Below are positions 18,528 through 27,713 of a stretch of 32,000 bases of DNA, in pieces. The DNA lies in the NCBI RefSeq assembly GCF_000011125.1, contig NC_000854.2, positions 780,001 to 812,000 of the forward strand. The letters are read 5' to 3'. The notes below the pieces were generated by a model, which made no database searches, had not been told where the DNA came from, and saw only the letters and a list, made by a program, of their open reading frames with translations. Position 1 is the stretch's first letter, and each line of letters begins with the position of its first letter. Made by a program: the position numbers and the translations under genes. This DNA comes from Aeropyrum pernix K1. Its GTDB lineage: Archaea; Thermoproteota; Thermoprotei_A; Sulfolobales; Acidilobaceae.

Positions 18528-18943
18528 GGGGAGCTATACCCAATGAGTTTCCTTCCCTCTGTGACACTCTCCGCTTCTGATATGGCGGCGGGCCCGTACA
18601 CATCTGTACACCTCGTGAGCAGTCTTCTAGCAATAAGGTAGAAACTCAGGCTCTATAGGGCGAGCCCCACGGGGTTAGCAACGTCTTTTGCGGCAAAGGC
18701 TGCAATGCTTCTAAAGTTCTGGGTGTTGTTATCAGCCTGATCCATATCACATACCCACGTATTCTATTTCTATTTTTCAATATATAAAATATAAACCTAA
18801 ATAATGACATAGATAAAACAAAAATACAATCACTACTTATATAGCCATCTCCATCTAACTTAATTGTAGAACACAGACTTTAAACCATAGCTACAACCTC
18901 CGTCAACCGAGTGTCGATGGCAATTTAAACGTTCCTCCGGTAA

Positions 18944-19516
18944 ATGAGGCTATGGGGCTTTGTGTTGGAAGGCTTTGAAGCCCACCTTGTGGACAGCCTT
19001 GTGGACGACCACCGCTATATCCTCCAGGCCCTGGACCTCCTCGAGGAGGCTGTCGACCTAATGGCCAGGGGGAGGCTCCCCCCATCTACCGTGGGGAGGC
19101 TAGCCAGGTTCCTCGAAGAGTTCGCGGACGGGTGCCACCATGCCAAGGAGGAGGCTGCACTCTTCCCGTGCATGGAGGCCAGGGGTCACCCTTTCAGGGA
19201 GGGGGGTATTGAGAGGCTTACCTGCGAGCACGGGGTGGCCAGGTACCTCCTGCGGGGCCTCCAGCGGGAGCTCGAGAGGCTTGAGCGGGGCGAAGGCTCT
19301 GTCGAGAAGGCGAGGGATTATGCCGCCAGGTATGTGGAGCTCATAAGGAGGCATATAGATGTGGAGGACCTGGAGCTGTTCGAGAGGGCCAGGAGGGTTG
19401 TTGGTCACGGCGAGATGCTTGAGGAGGCCAGGAGGATAGACGTGGAGACGGGTAGGGAGAGGCTGATAGAGGAGTTCTACAGAATCAAGGAGGAGGTGTG
19501 GGAGGCCGGCGGCTAG
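18944..19516 (+). CDS. Hemerythrin-like (HHE cation-binding) domain protein
   Basis: Motifs seen are CHHAKEEAALFPCME, CEHG and IRRHIDVEDLELF, which match the H..KEE..LFP and H...E metal-ligand patterns of hemerythrin-like domains. Confidence 0.75.
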   Translation: MRLWGFVLEGFEAHLVDSLVDDHRYILQALDLLEEAVDLMARGRLPPSTVGRLARFLEEFADGCHHAKEEAALFPCMEARGHPFREGGIERLTCEHGVARYLLRGLQRELERLERGEGSVEKARDYAARYVELIRRHIDVEDLELFERARRVVGHGEMLEEARRIDVETGRERLIEEFYRIKEEVWEAGG

Positions 19517-19540
19517 AACTGGCGGCACCGGTGGGTCCTT

Positions 19541-20170
19541 ATGGAGATCCTCGAGAGGCTTTCCCTGGGGGTGCTCCAGGTAAACACGTACGTCGCCGCC
19601 GCTGGCGGGGAGTGCCTCGTGGTAGACCCGGGCGGGCCCGAGGTCCTAGAGGCCCTGGAGAGGCTGGGATGCCGGGACATAGTTGTAGCCCTGACCCACG
19701 GCCACTTCGACCACGTAGCCGGGGTTGAGCATCTCGCCGCCCGTGGTGCCGTGGTCGCGGCTCACCCGCAGACACCGAGGGTTGCGGAGGCCTACGCAGA
19801 CCTCGGCGTGAAGATGGGGTACCTGAAGGGGGTCCCGAGGATTAGTGTAGACGTCGAGCTTGTCGACGGCTCCACCCTGAGGGCGGCCGGCCTCAGCCTA
19901 AAAGCTATACACACTCCAGGCCACAGCCCCGACCACATTGTCCTCTACGACCAGGCCCGGGGCCTGGCCTTCACCGGCGACCTCATATTCAGGGGGTCTA
20001 TAGGAAGGGTGGACATAGCCCTGGGGGACGGGGAGGCTATGGCGAGGAGCCTGGCCAGGATCGTGAGGGAGCTACCCCGCGGCACGAGACTCCTACCGGG
20101 CCATGGCCCCGAGACCACGCTGGAATACGAGATCCTCCACAACCCCTTCCTCCAGGGCTTTAACCGTTAG
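19541..20170 (+). CDS. MBL-fold metallo-hydrolase (glyoxalase II-like)
   Basis: LTHGHFDHVAG is the HxHxDH motif. Later IHTPGHSPDH and LLPGHGP supply the further His ligands. At 209 aa the size is typical. Confidence 0.9.
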   Translation: MEILERLSLGVLQVNTYVAAAGGECLVVDPGGPEVLEALERLGCRDIVVALTHGHFDHVAGVEHLAARGAVVAAHPQTPRVAEAYADLGVKMGYLKGVPRISVDVELVDGSTLRAAGLSLKAIHTPGHSPDHIVLYDQARGLAFTGDLIFRGSIGRVDIALGDGEAMARSLARIVRELPRGTRLLPGHGPETTLEYEILHNPFLQGFNR

Positions 20171-20282
20171 CCCCCTCGGCCCATGCCCGGGTGCCCCCCG
20201 AGATTGTGAAGCCGGGTCTGGCCTGACAGATGCTTGTAGTATTACTCCCCGCTCTATATAACAGTATGGCCTGGGTGGTTGT

Positions 20283-21143
20283 GTGGTCGACGCTGCCTTC
20301 AAGCTAGGCCTGCTTCTGAGCGTCGCTGGCGCCGCGGTAAAGATAGCTGGCAGTCTTGTATACGGCTCTAAAGCCCTCCTGGTGGACGGGGCCACCTGTG
20401 TCGCGGGCATAGCCGCGGGGCTCGCCGCCCTTTACTGGCTCCGCGCCTCCAAGGCGCCTCCCGACGCCGACCACCCGTTCGGGCATGGAAGGCTGGCGTT
20501 CGGCGGCGTCTCGTTCACTCTTGTCGCGTATGGGGTTGCGGCCGGCTTCGGCCTAGCCTACCTCGCGAGGCCGGAGCCCTATAGCGTAGGCCTTGGAGCC
20601 GCGGTCCTGGGGGTGCTGGGCCTTATACTCTACAGCGGGGCCGTGGCCGCCTTCAGGAGGAGCCCCATAGTCGGAGGGGCTATGGCGGCCTTCACGGCCT
20701 CGGAGGTTTTCGAGAGTATAGTCTCCACACTCGCGGCGGTAGGGGGCTTCGGCTTCGGATACCTGGTAGACTATCTTGGGGCGTGGGCTATAGAGGCCTA
20801 TCTCCTCTACGAGCTGGTGTTGCACGCCAGGAGCATGGTTCACCAGCTCTCTGATATGGCCTCCGCGGAGGCGGTTGGCCATGTTAGGAGGGAGCTGGAG
20901 GCTAGGGGTTTCAGGGTTGCCAGTGTGAGGGTCAGGACGCTGGTCCCGGGGAGGTACCACGGCGACGCCATCGTGCTACCGCCCCGGGGCATGGACCCCC
21001 TGGCCGCAGATATGCTGGCGGACGAGGCGGTATACGCGCTTAGACGTTCGGGCGTAGATTTAACCGTCCACGTAGACTTCAGCGGCCAGCTTGCAGAGGA
21101 TGAAGAACGTGGCCCGCGAAACAGGGGCGGGCGAGACCGTTAA
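20283..21143 (+). CDS. Cation diffusion facilitator (CDF) family metal efflux transporter
   Basis: Motifs seen are KIAGSLVYGSKALLVDGATCV (TM2 metal site region) and DADHPFGHGR (CDF signature). There are about 6 TM segments and a C-terminal cytoplasmic domain. The start is a GTG with a TATA-like CTATATAAC about 25 nt upstream. Confidence 0.85.
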   Translation: MVDAAFKLGLLLSVAGAAVKIAGSLVYGSKALLVDGATCVAGIAAGLAALYWLRASKAPPDADHPFGHGRLAFGGVSFTLVAYGVAAGFGLAYLARPEPYSVGLGAAVLGVLGLILYSGAVAAFRRSPIVGGAMAAFTASEVFESIVSTLAAVGGFGFGYLVDYLGAWAIEAYLLYELVLHARSMVHQLSDMASAEAVGHVRRELEARGFRVASVRVRTLVPGRYHGDAIVLPPRGMDPLAADMLADEAVYALRRSGVDLTVHVDFSGQLAEDEERGPRNRGGRDR

Positions 21144-21191
21144 ACTGAAGCGCCAATCCACACCCCGCATTCTACTGGGTGAGTGTAGGGG

Positions 21192-22235
21192 TTGGCTGAT
21201 TGCAGATTTGACGTGGCTCTCAACTTTCCGGTGGATGAGGGTGTCGGAGAGGTCCTCTCGGGCCTTAGAGTATACTCTCCCCGGGAGAGGTCCTCTGCGG
21301 CTGACATATGGGAGTATGTCCGGGCTTCCCGCGTCTTCATAAACGCCTTCACACCTGTTGACGCCGGCCTACTCAGGGACAAGGGCTGCCTTGAGCTCAT
21401 AGTCCTCACGAGCACGGGCTTCGACCATGTGGATGTTGAGGCTGCGGCGGGTGTTGGCGTCTGCGTGGCTAACCAGCCTGAGGTGATAACCGAGGCTGTG
21501 GCTGAGTACGTCGTCGCAGCTGTGCTGGCGGCCCTGAGGGGTGTGGTGGCGGGCCACATGTACACGCCCAGGTGGGCCAGGGAGGGGTGGCCCTCCCATC
21601 TAGCCGGTTTCCTCGTAAGGGGCAGGAGCGTGGGCCTGCTTGGGGCTGGTAGGATAGGTCAGAGCGTCGCCTTCAAGCTCGCCGCCCTCGGCGCCGGGCC
21701 TTTCTACTACTACAGCAGGAGCAGGAAGCCGGGGCTGGAGGCGGTGCTGGGTGCTAAGAGGCTGGAGCCCAGGGAACTCTTCTCCAGGTCCATGATACTC
21801 GTAAACAGCCTCCCCCTCACGGGGGAGACCAGGGGTCTCGTCACAGCAGGCCTCCTCCGCCTCCTACCCCGTGGGGCTGTTTACGTTAACGTGGGGAGGG
21901 GCGGTACGGAGGAGCCTGGGGCTGTGGAGGCTGTGGCCTCTGAGAGGGAGGACCTCTACTTCGTCCTTGACGTGCACCCGGAGGAGCCTCTGCCGCCCTC
22001 CAGCGGGAGGATGAGGCTCCACGGCAACCCCAGGGTGGTGATGACACCCCACATAGCCGGGTCATCGAGGGAGAGCATGACGGCCACCAGGCTACTGGCG
22101 GCTATGCAGGCGAGGGACTACCTGGAGAGGGGGTGCGTCTGGAACCCCGTCAACGGGGCGTGCAGGGAGTGCCCCTCCCAGAGGGTGGGGTTGGACGAGG
22201 CTATAGCCATGGCCCGCAGGCTCCTCGGCGTCTAG
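21192..22235 (+). CDS. D-isomer-specific 2-hydroxyacid dehydrogenase family protein (glyoxylate/hydroxypyruvate reductase-like)
   Basis: GLLGAGRIGQSVAFKL is the NAD-binding GxGxxG. NVGRGG, LDVHPEEPLP and TPHIAGSS carry the catalytic R/E/H context. The start is a TTG. Confidence 0.88.
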   Translation: MADCRFDVALNFPVDEGVGEVLSGLRVYSPRERSSAADIWEYVRASRVFINAFTPVDAGLLRDKGCLELIVLTSTGFDHVDVEAAAGVGVCVANQPEVITEAVAEYVVAAVLAALRGVVAGHMYTPRWAREGWPSHLAGFLVRGRSVGLLGAGRIGQSVAFKLAALGAGPFYYYSRSRKPGLEAVLGAKRLEPRELFSRSMILVNSLPLTGETRGLVTAGLLRLLPRGAVYVNVGRGGTEEPGAVEAVASEREDLYFVLDVHPEEPLPPSSGRMRLHGNPRVVMTPHIAGSSRESMTATRLLAAMQARDYLERGCVWNPVNGACRECPSQRVGLDEAIAMARRLLGV

Positions 22236-23575
22236 AGGACTAGCCTCTCCTGCTCGTACCTCCTCCCCTCCAGCCCCATCCACTTCACCGGCATCTCTAC
22301 GCCGCCGTAGAGCTCCACGGACTCCATGCCCAATGCCACCGCAGCCGCGACGCGGCCTATGCTGTCGCTCTTCATTATCCCGCTCCCGCTCGTCCCCGCG
22401 GCCACCACTATCCCGCTCTCCCAGGGCTCGAAGACCACCGGGTTGGCGTCGAAGCTTATGTCGTAGTGGCCCGCCCACCCCCCGCTGGGGTAGGCGTCCT
22501 GGAACTGGGGTAGGTAGAGGGATAGTATGGGGAGGATGGCGAGGCTGTAGTAGTGCTCCTCAGGCTGGGGGTCCTCCTCCAGGGCGAAAGGCCTGCCCAG
22601 GTTGTCGCTCAGCTGAACCCAGAAGCTCCCCTCCCTGGGGGCGGGCCTCACCAGAACCCTTTTTGGGAGTATTATGAGGGGCGGGGCGCCGGCCCCGGCG
22701 AGGTCGCCCTCCCTCATGATCCTCCGGAGGCCCTCTGTGGATGCCGACACCCTGAAGACCATCCTCTTCTTCGGCCTGCTGAACGTGTCTATCCCTAGGG
22801 GGTTCAGGAGCCTGTTGCTCCACACCCCCGCAGCGACCACCAGCTTCTCCCCCACCTCCACCCTCGTGCCATCGCTCAGGACGGCTGCGGAGGCCCTGGC
22901 CTCCTGCCAGGGGAGTGGCTCGCCCTCTATACCCAGCTCTACCCGGGGCTTAAGCTCCACCCCCACGACCCTCCGCCCGAATATGAACTCCACGCCAGCC
23001 CCCGAGGCGCGGCGGTAGTAGTAGTCCACAACCTTCTCGGCGTCGAGGAACCCGGCGCTCCTTATGAGGACTGCGCCCTCGACATCCCCCACGCCCAGGA
23101 CCTCAGCCTCCTCACCGTCCGAGACCCGGGTGTTCATTCCCAGCCTCCTCTCAAGCTCCTCCGGAGGTATGATAAGGTAGTCCCTCCCCTCCTCCCCGGC
23201 CTCTCTAAGCGGCTCCTCAACCTCCCTCCACCTCTCCCTGTCGTAGACGAAGAGGTAGCCCGACTTGACCAGCCCCAGGTCCTCGCCACCCCTCTGGGCG
23301 TCCTCGAAAAGCCTCACGGTCGAGCCCGCCACCAGCCTGTTCATGGTGCTCGAGAAGAATGTCCTGAAGGCCGCCATGCTCCTCCCGCTGTCCCCCGAGC
23401 CGGGTGCGTGGCCGGCGTCAACGACGAGGACGCTCCCCCCGCTCCAGACCTTGAGGTAGTAGGCGGCCGCCAGGCCGACTACCCCCGCTCCGACGACAAC
23501 ATAGTCGAAACGCGGCAATAACACGAGCACCCCCTGCCGTGCCACCAAGGGACTAGTGTTTAGGCGGAAGGGCAA
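22232..23575 (-). CDS. FAD-dependent oxidoreductase (DAO / sarcosine oxidase beta-like family)
   Basis: The N-terminal dinucleotide fold is DYVVVGAGVVGLAAAYYL. At 447 aa it is convergent with the 2-hydroxyacid dehydrogenase and overlaps it by 4 nt. Confidence 0.8.
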   Translation of the reverse strand: MPFRLNTSPLVARQGVLVLLPRFDYVVVGAGVVGLAAAYYLKVWSGGSVLVVDAGHAPGSGDSGRSMAAFRTFFSSTMNRLVAGSTVRLFEDAQRGGEDLGLVKSGYLFVYDRERWREVEEPLREAGEEGRDYLIIPPEELERRLGMNTRVSDGEEAEVLGVGDVEGAVLIRSAGFLDAEKVVDYYYRRASGAGVEFIFGRRVVGVELKPRVELGIEGEPLPWQEARASAAVLSDGTRVEVGEKLVVAAGVWSNRLLNPLGIDTFSRPKKRMVFRVSASTEGLRRIMREGDLAGAGAPPLIILPKRVLVRPAPREGSFWVQLSDNLGRPFALEEDPQPEEHYYSLAILPILSLYLPQFQDAYPSGGWAGHYDISFDANPVVFEPWESGIVVAAGTSGSGIMKSDSIGRVAAAVALGMESVELYGGVEMPVKWMGLEGRRYEQERLVL

Positions 23576-23616
23576 TATTCTGGATAGGGGGCAGCGTGGG
23601 TAGCGGCTCCCTCCCT

Positions 23617-24114
23617 TTAGCCCTGGGTTGCCCTTGTCCTGGCAAGCCGCCTAACCATCGCCTCGAGGTCCTCCAGGCTTGGCGGCCTGCGGCCTAGAGC
23701 CTCTTCAACCTCTCTAGCGAGGCCGAGCCGGTCGACCACTATGGCTGAGGACCTGGCCAGGGCATGCCCCCACACAGGCTTCCTCAGCGCCTCCCTGAAC
23801 TCCTCGGGAGTCATGAGTATCGCCTCGACACCCTCCTCAACAGCCCCAGACACCATGTCGTACCTGTCAAGTATCCTGACGCCCCGGAATCTCGGGGATA
23901 CTACTATAATGTCTATATCGCTCCACCTGTTGAAATCGCCGCGGGCGTAGCTGCCGAACAGTATCACTGTCACGTCTCCGAGGCGCTCAAGAAGCTTGGA
24001 GGCGGAGGACTTCGCTTTCACCAGGGCCTCCAGCCAAGCCGAGAGCCTCTCCCTAGGAATCCTCACACTCTTCACCCAGACACTCCTCAACCGCCCTATA
24101 AACCCTGCTGGCAC
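23617..24114 (-). CDS. Minimal nucleotidyltransferase (MNT) domain protein, antitoxin-type partner of HEPN
   Basis: ILFGSYARGDFNRWSDIDIIVV is the GSxxRGD...DxD polymerase-beta-like NTase motif. The GTG start at 24114 overlaps the HEPN gene. Alternative GTG starts are at 24075 and 24066. Confidence 0.88.
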   Translation of the reverse strand: MPAGFIGRLRSVWVKSVRIPRERLSAWLEALVKAKSSASKLLERLGDVTVILFGSYARGDFNRWSDIDIIVVSPRFRGVRILDRYDMVSGAVEEGVEAILMTPEEFREALRKPVWGHALARSSAIVVDRLGLAREVEEALGRRPPSLEDLEAMVRRLARTRATQG

Positions 24115-24481
24115 ACTCTAGGGCCTCCTCGGCGTCCCTGCGGGTGTAGTTCTCGAACGGCGCAGCCCCTCCGGGCCACGCGTCAGGATACCTGGGTGGA
24201 AGGTACAGCTTGTTAAGCACGGCTATACACTCCTCCATCTCCTGGAGAGGCTGGCAGAGGCTCCTGGCCCTACGCCAGAGAGCCATAAGGTCGTGGCCGA
24301 AGGACTCCAGCCCCGCAGCCCTCAGAACAGCCTTTATAGAGTACTCGGCGGCCTGGTTAGCTTTGAAGCACGCCCAACTGTAAAAGCCCCCCTCATAGTC
24401 AACCCTTATAGACTCTAACGTGTGCTTCGCCTGCCTAAGCCACCTAACAGCCTCCTCACAGTCAAAAACCACCCGCCACAC
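24053..24481 (-). CDS. HEPN domain protein (toxin-type partner of MNT)
   Basis: 142 aa and all-helical. KANQAAEYSIKAVLRAAGLESFGHDL and the C-terminal LNKLYLPPRYPDAWPG match the Y..(A/P)RYP motif of PF05168-type HEPN proteins. It overlaps the downstream MNT gene. Confidence 0.82.
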   Translation of the reverse strand: MWRVVFDCEEAVRWLRQAKHTLESIRVDYEGGFYSWACFKANQAAEYSIKAVLRAAGLESFGHDLMALWRRARSLCQPLQEMEECIAVLNKLYLPPRYPDAWPGGAAPFENYTRRDAEEALECASRVYRAVEECLGEECEDS

Positions 24482-24585
24482 ACCCCTAGCCTAGCAGGGG
24501 GGCTCGGCACAGTACGCGCTCCTCACGCCCCCCCGGGTTGCCGGGGGGTTTGGCTCCCGGATTCCTCCTCACCGCCCTTAGTATG

Positions 24586-25758
24586 TTATTGGAGGCCTAG
24601 GTTTTCAAGCTGTTTGAGGACGTAGCTCCTGATCTCATCGAGGCTCGGCAGGCTCTGGGCTAGGCGGCCTTCCTCGAGGTATTTGCGGGTCAGAGGCTCG
24701 CAGCCCTCAGGCTCCTCCCCGAGCCTTACGATCCTCTTCTCGCCCCGGCAGAGGACGATGGATCTCGCCCCGGGTAGCTTGCCCCTCTTGGTCCTCGGCC
24801 TCCACTCGCCGTCTTCATGGACCTCCACCACGTCCATGCTTATGTCGATGTTGGGGGCGGCTGCTATGGTGGTGCCCACTCCGAAGCCGTCGGCCACGTC
24901 CCTGAGCTCCGCGACCCTCTCCTCGTCTAGCCCGCCGCTGACGAATATCTTGACGTGCTTGTAGCCGTGGATGTCCAGGGCCCACCTAACCTCCTCCACG
25001 ATATCCCTCATCCTCCCCCTCCTGCTGCTCGGCGTGTCGAGCCTCACGCCAGCGAGGACCTCGCCGAGCTCCCTGGCGGCCATGAGGGCCTCCTCCCTCT
25101 CGTCCCAGAACGTGTCGACAAGAGCTATGACCGGCGTCTCCTCCTTGAAGGTCTCGGCGAACGCCCTCCAAGCCTCCACCTGGCTGCCGAAGACTATTAT
25201 TAGGGCGTGGGGCATGGTACCGCGGGGCTCGACGCCGAGGTACTCCCTGCTTAGGACCCCGCTCACCCCGTCCAGCCCGCCCACCAGCGCTGCCCTATCC
25301 GCGGCGGGCTGTACGGCGGGGTGGAGGGCCCTGAGGCCGAAGAACAGGACTGTCTTCCCCCTGCCCGCCGCAAGCCTTACTCTGGCCGCCTTCGTCGCTA
25401 TGCTCGTGGAGAACCTGAGTAGCCCTAGGAGGGCGGTCTCAAAGAGTATTATATCCTGGAATCTACCCTCCACAACCATCAGGGGGTCCTTCCTCTCGAA
25501 GACCGTCCCCTCAGGCAGGCTGTAGACGGTGACGGGCTTGCCCTGGAGGAGCGCGAGCGCCTCCTCAAGCCCAGCATAGACAGCCCACTCATAACCACGG
25601 GGGAGGCTGTAGGCGTGAACCTCCATCCTAACCCTCTTACCCCCCACTCCATACTTCTCCGCAACCCTCCGGGTCCTTACGAAGTAGATGTCGGTGGCCC
25701 TGCCCTCCAGTATCTCGCCCAGGCTCGCCATGTATATCCTGGGCTGCCCCCCGCTCAA
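24586..25758 (-). CDS. Nicotinate phosphoribosyltransferase (type II PRTase family)
   Basis: 390 aa. Motifs seen are ATDIYFVRT at the N-terminus, GTMPHALIIVFG, VRLDTPSSRRG and IFVSGGLDEE. These are typical of archaeal ~390-aa NAPRTase/quinolinate PRTase-fold enzymes. Confidence 0.8.
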   Translation of the reverse strand: MSGGQPRIYMASLGEILEGRATDIYFVRTRRVAEKYGVGGKRVRMEVHAYSLPRGYEWAVYAGLEEALALLQGKPVTVYSLPEGTVFERKDPLMVVEGRFQDIILFETALLGLLRFSTSIATKAARVRLAAGRGKTVLFFGLRALHPAVQPAADRAALVGGLDGVSGVLSREYLGVEPRGTMPHALIIVFGSQVEAWRAFAETFKEETPVIALVDTFWDEREEALMAARELGEVLAGVRLDTPSSRRGRMRDIVEEVRWALDIHGYKHVKIFVSGGLDEERVAELRDVADGFGVGTTIAAAPNIDISMDVVEVHEDGEWRPRTKRGKLPGARSIVLCRGEKRIVRLGEEPEGCEPLTRKYLEEGRLAQSLPSLDEIRSYVLKQLENLGLQ

Positions 25759-26005
25759 CAGCTAACACCTAAGCAAACTAGTGGCCCAGCCGGGGATATA
25801 TAGGAGGGAAAGAGCCTGTTCGGCGGCATACCTATGCCAGATCCCAACCCGGACCCCTTCCTAAACCCCCTAACGGGATGCGGGCAATACGCTATGAAAA
25901 ACAATCTTAGATAGAGTTTCTAGACCCGGCTTCTCGCTCTCCCATAGCATCCCCAACCTGCTAACACAAATTATTATCGTTAAGACAACGGATCCTATAC
26001 TCGGG

Positions 26006-27409
26006 GTGCCTATACTGCCTAGCCCTAATCCTCCAGTAGAGCCTTACAAGATCCGGATGGTTGAGCCTATCAGGCTTCTACCCCGGGAGGAAAGACTGAG
26101 GCGCCTGCGAGAGGCTGGATGGAACGTTTTCCGGCTTCGCAGCATCGATATTTTCATAGACTTGCTTACCGATAGTGGGACCGGCTCGATGAGCATATAC
26201 CAGTGGGCAGCTCTTATGACTGGTGATGAAGCCTACGCTGGGGCAAGGAGCTGGTTCCGTTTTAGGGATGCGGTTAGAGATGTCCTAGGCCTAGACCTCG
26301 TGTTACCTGTTCACCAGGGGAGAGCCGCGGAGAGGATACTCTATGGTGAGCTTCTCAGGCGCAGGAACGCTAGGATAGTGCCGGCCAACACTCACTTCGA
26401 CACCGGCAGGGCTGTAATCCTCAACCAGGGTGGAGTGCCTCTCGACCTCCCATCGCCCCAGGCCAGCAGGAGGGAGGCCTACCCGTTTAAGGGTGATATA
26501 GACGTTGCCAGGTTGGAGAGGCTGCTGAAGGAGAGATCCCGGGACGTTGCCTTCATACTCCTAGTTATCACTAACAATACGGCTGGAGGCCAGCCTGTAT
26601 CCATGGATAACGTGAAGACCGTCAGAGAGCTGGCCGACGCCTACGGCCTCCCCCTGGTCATGGATATATGCAGGTTTGCTGAGAACGCGTACCTGGTTAA
26701 AGAGAGGGATCCACGGTATAGAGGCTGGAGCGTCCGAGATATAGCACGCGAGATGATCAGTTATGGGGATCACTTCGTTATGAGCGCTAAGAAGGATGGG
26801 CTCGCAAACATAGGCGGCTTCATAGCCACAAGGGATCCCAGCCTCTACGAGGATCTGGCTGCACGTGTAGTCCTCGAGGAGGGCTATGTAACCTACGGGG
26901 GGCTAGCGGGCCGCGACCTGGAGGCTATAGCCCAGGGGCTTCGTGAGGTTGTAGAGGAGGACTATCTACGACATAGGGTAGAGCAGGTTAGATACCTAGG
27001 AGAGCTCCTGTCAAGCCAAGGAGTCCCTATAGTAGAACCGGTGGGCGGCCACGCGGTATACGTAGACGTGCTCGAGGCCCTACCTGAAATGCCACGCAGC
27101 CACTATCCGGCTGACGCGCTAGCGGCAGCACTCTACCTGGAGTCTGGAGTCAGGGCAGTAGGCCTAGGGGCTCTAGCGTTCGCTAGGGAAGAGAACGGCG
27201 AGATAGTGTACCCGGAGTTCGAGCTGCTCAGGCTAGCAGTACCCAGGAGAACATACACTAACTCCCATATGGAGTACGTTGCCGCCAGCCTAGCAAGACT
27301 GCTCAGAGAGGGGAGACGCAAGGTCAAAGGGCTACGAGTTGTGAAGGAGCCCAGGATTAAGGGTATAAGGCACTTCCTAGCAGAGCTCGAACCCATAGAA
27401 CCTGTGTGA
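26006..27409 (+). CDS. tnaA: Tryptophanase / tyrosine phenol-lyase family beta-eliminating lyase (PLP-dependent)
   Basis: 467 aa. Motifs seen are EPYKIRMVEPIRL, FIDLLTDSGTGSMS, TNNTAGGQPVS and SAKKDGLANIGGF (PLP lysine motif SxKKD). The start is a GTG. Confidence 0.9.
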   Translation: MPILPSPNPPVEPYKIRMVEPIRLLPREERLRRLREAGWNVFRLRSIDIFIDLLTDSGTGSMSIYQWAALMTGDEAYAGARSWFRFRDAVRDVLGLDLVLPVHQGRAAERILYGELLRRRNARIVPANTHFDTGRAVILNQGGVPLDLPSPQASRREAYPFKGDIDVARLERLLKERSRDVAFILLVITNNTAGGQPVSMDNVKTVRELADAYGLPLVMDICRFAENAYLVKERDPRYRGWSVRDIAREMISYGDHFVMSAKKDGLANIGGFIATRDPSLYEDLAARVVLEEGYVTYGGLAGRDLEAIAQGLREVVEEDYLRHRVEQVRYLGELLSSQGVPIVEPVGGHAVYVDVLEALPEMPRSHYPADALAAALYLESGVRAVGLGALAFAREENGEIVYPEFELLRLAVPRRTYTNSHMEYVAASLARLLREGRRKVKGLRVVKEPRIKGIRHFLAELEPIEPV

Positions 27410-27491
27410 CACGTCCACTCCAAACCCGTACTACTGGCAGGACGCTGCCAGCCCCGTAAACTGGAGGTCTTGGATAGATGCCTCTAGAGGG

Positions 27492-27713
27492 GTGGGGAGC
27501 CTATTGATCGGGGAGAACGCGGTCTACGCTATACTGTCTGGGGCTATAGCGCTGATACTGTCTCTCAAGCTTGTATCATGGTGGATAGAGACTGCCAGTA
27601 GGAGAAGGCTTGTCGGCAGAGACATGAACAAGTATGATAAGCCCGAGGTTGCAGAGGCTGGCGGGATATGGGCCGTCGTGGCGGGCGCTTTTGGCCTGCT
27701 GATGCTGGAGGCG
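27492..27713 (+). pseudogene. N-terminal ~74-codon fragment of a GT4-family UDP-GlcNAc-1-P transferase (AglH/WecA-like) gene
   Basis: The segment ...ILSLKLVSWWIETASRRRLVGRDMNKYDKPEVAEAGGIWAVVAGAFGLLMLEA matches the conserved N-terminal G-x-D-x-N-K...(V)PE-x-GG region of archaeal AglH-type enzymes, which are normally about 300+ aa. Recognisable similarity ends near 27713, and the frame closes at 27785 after unrelated residues. Confidence 0.6.

Noticed and set aside
18540-18585. Possible C/D box sRNA just after the ABC-2 permease stop (AATGAGT ... CTGA)
   Set aside because: The C box is imperfect (no RUGAUGA) and C'/D' are not identifiable. The spacing of about 40 nt is too short.
27434-27451. 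Hairpin CTGGCAG-gacg-CTGCCAG after the tnaA stop, as a terminator
   Set aside because: No T-tract follows it. Archaeal termination mainly needs oligo-T, so I do not call it, although it may stabilise the mRNA 3' end.
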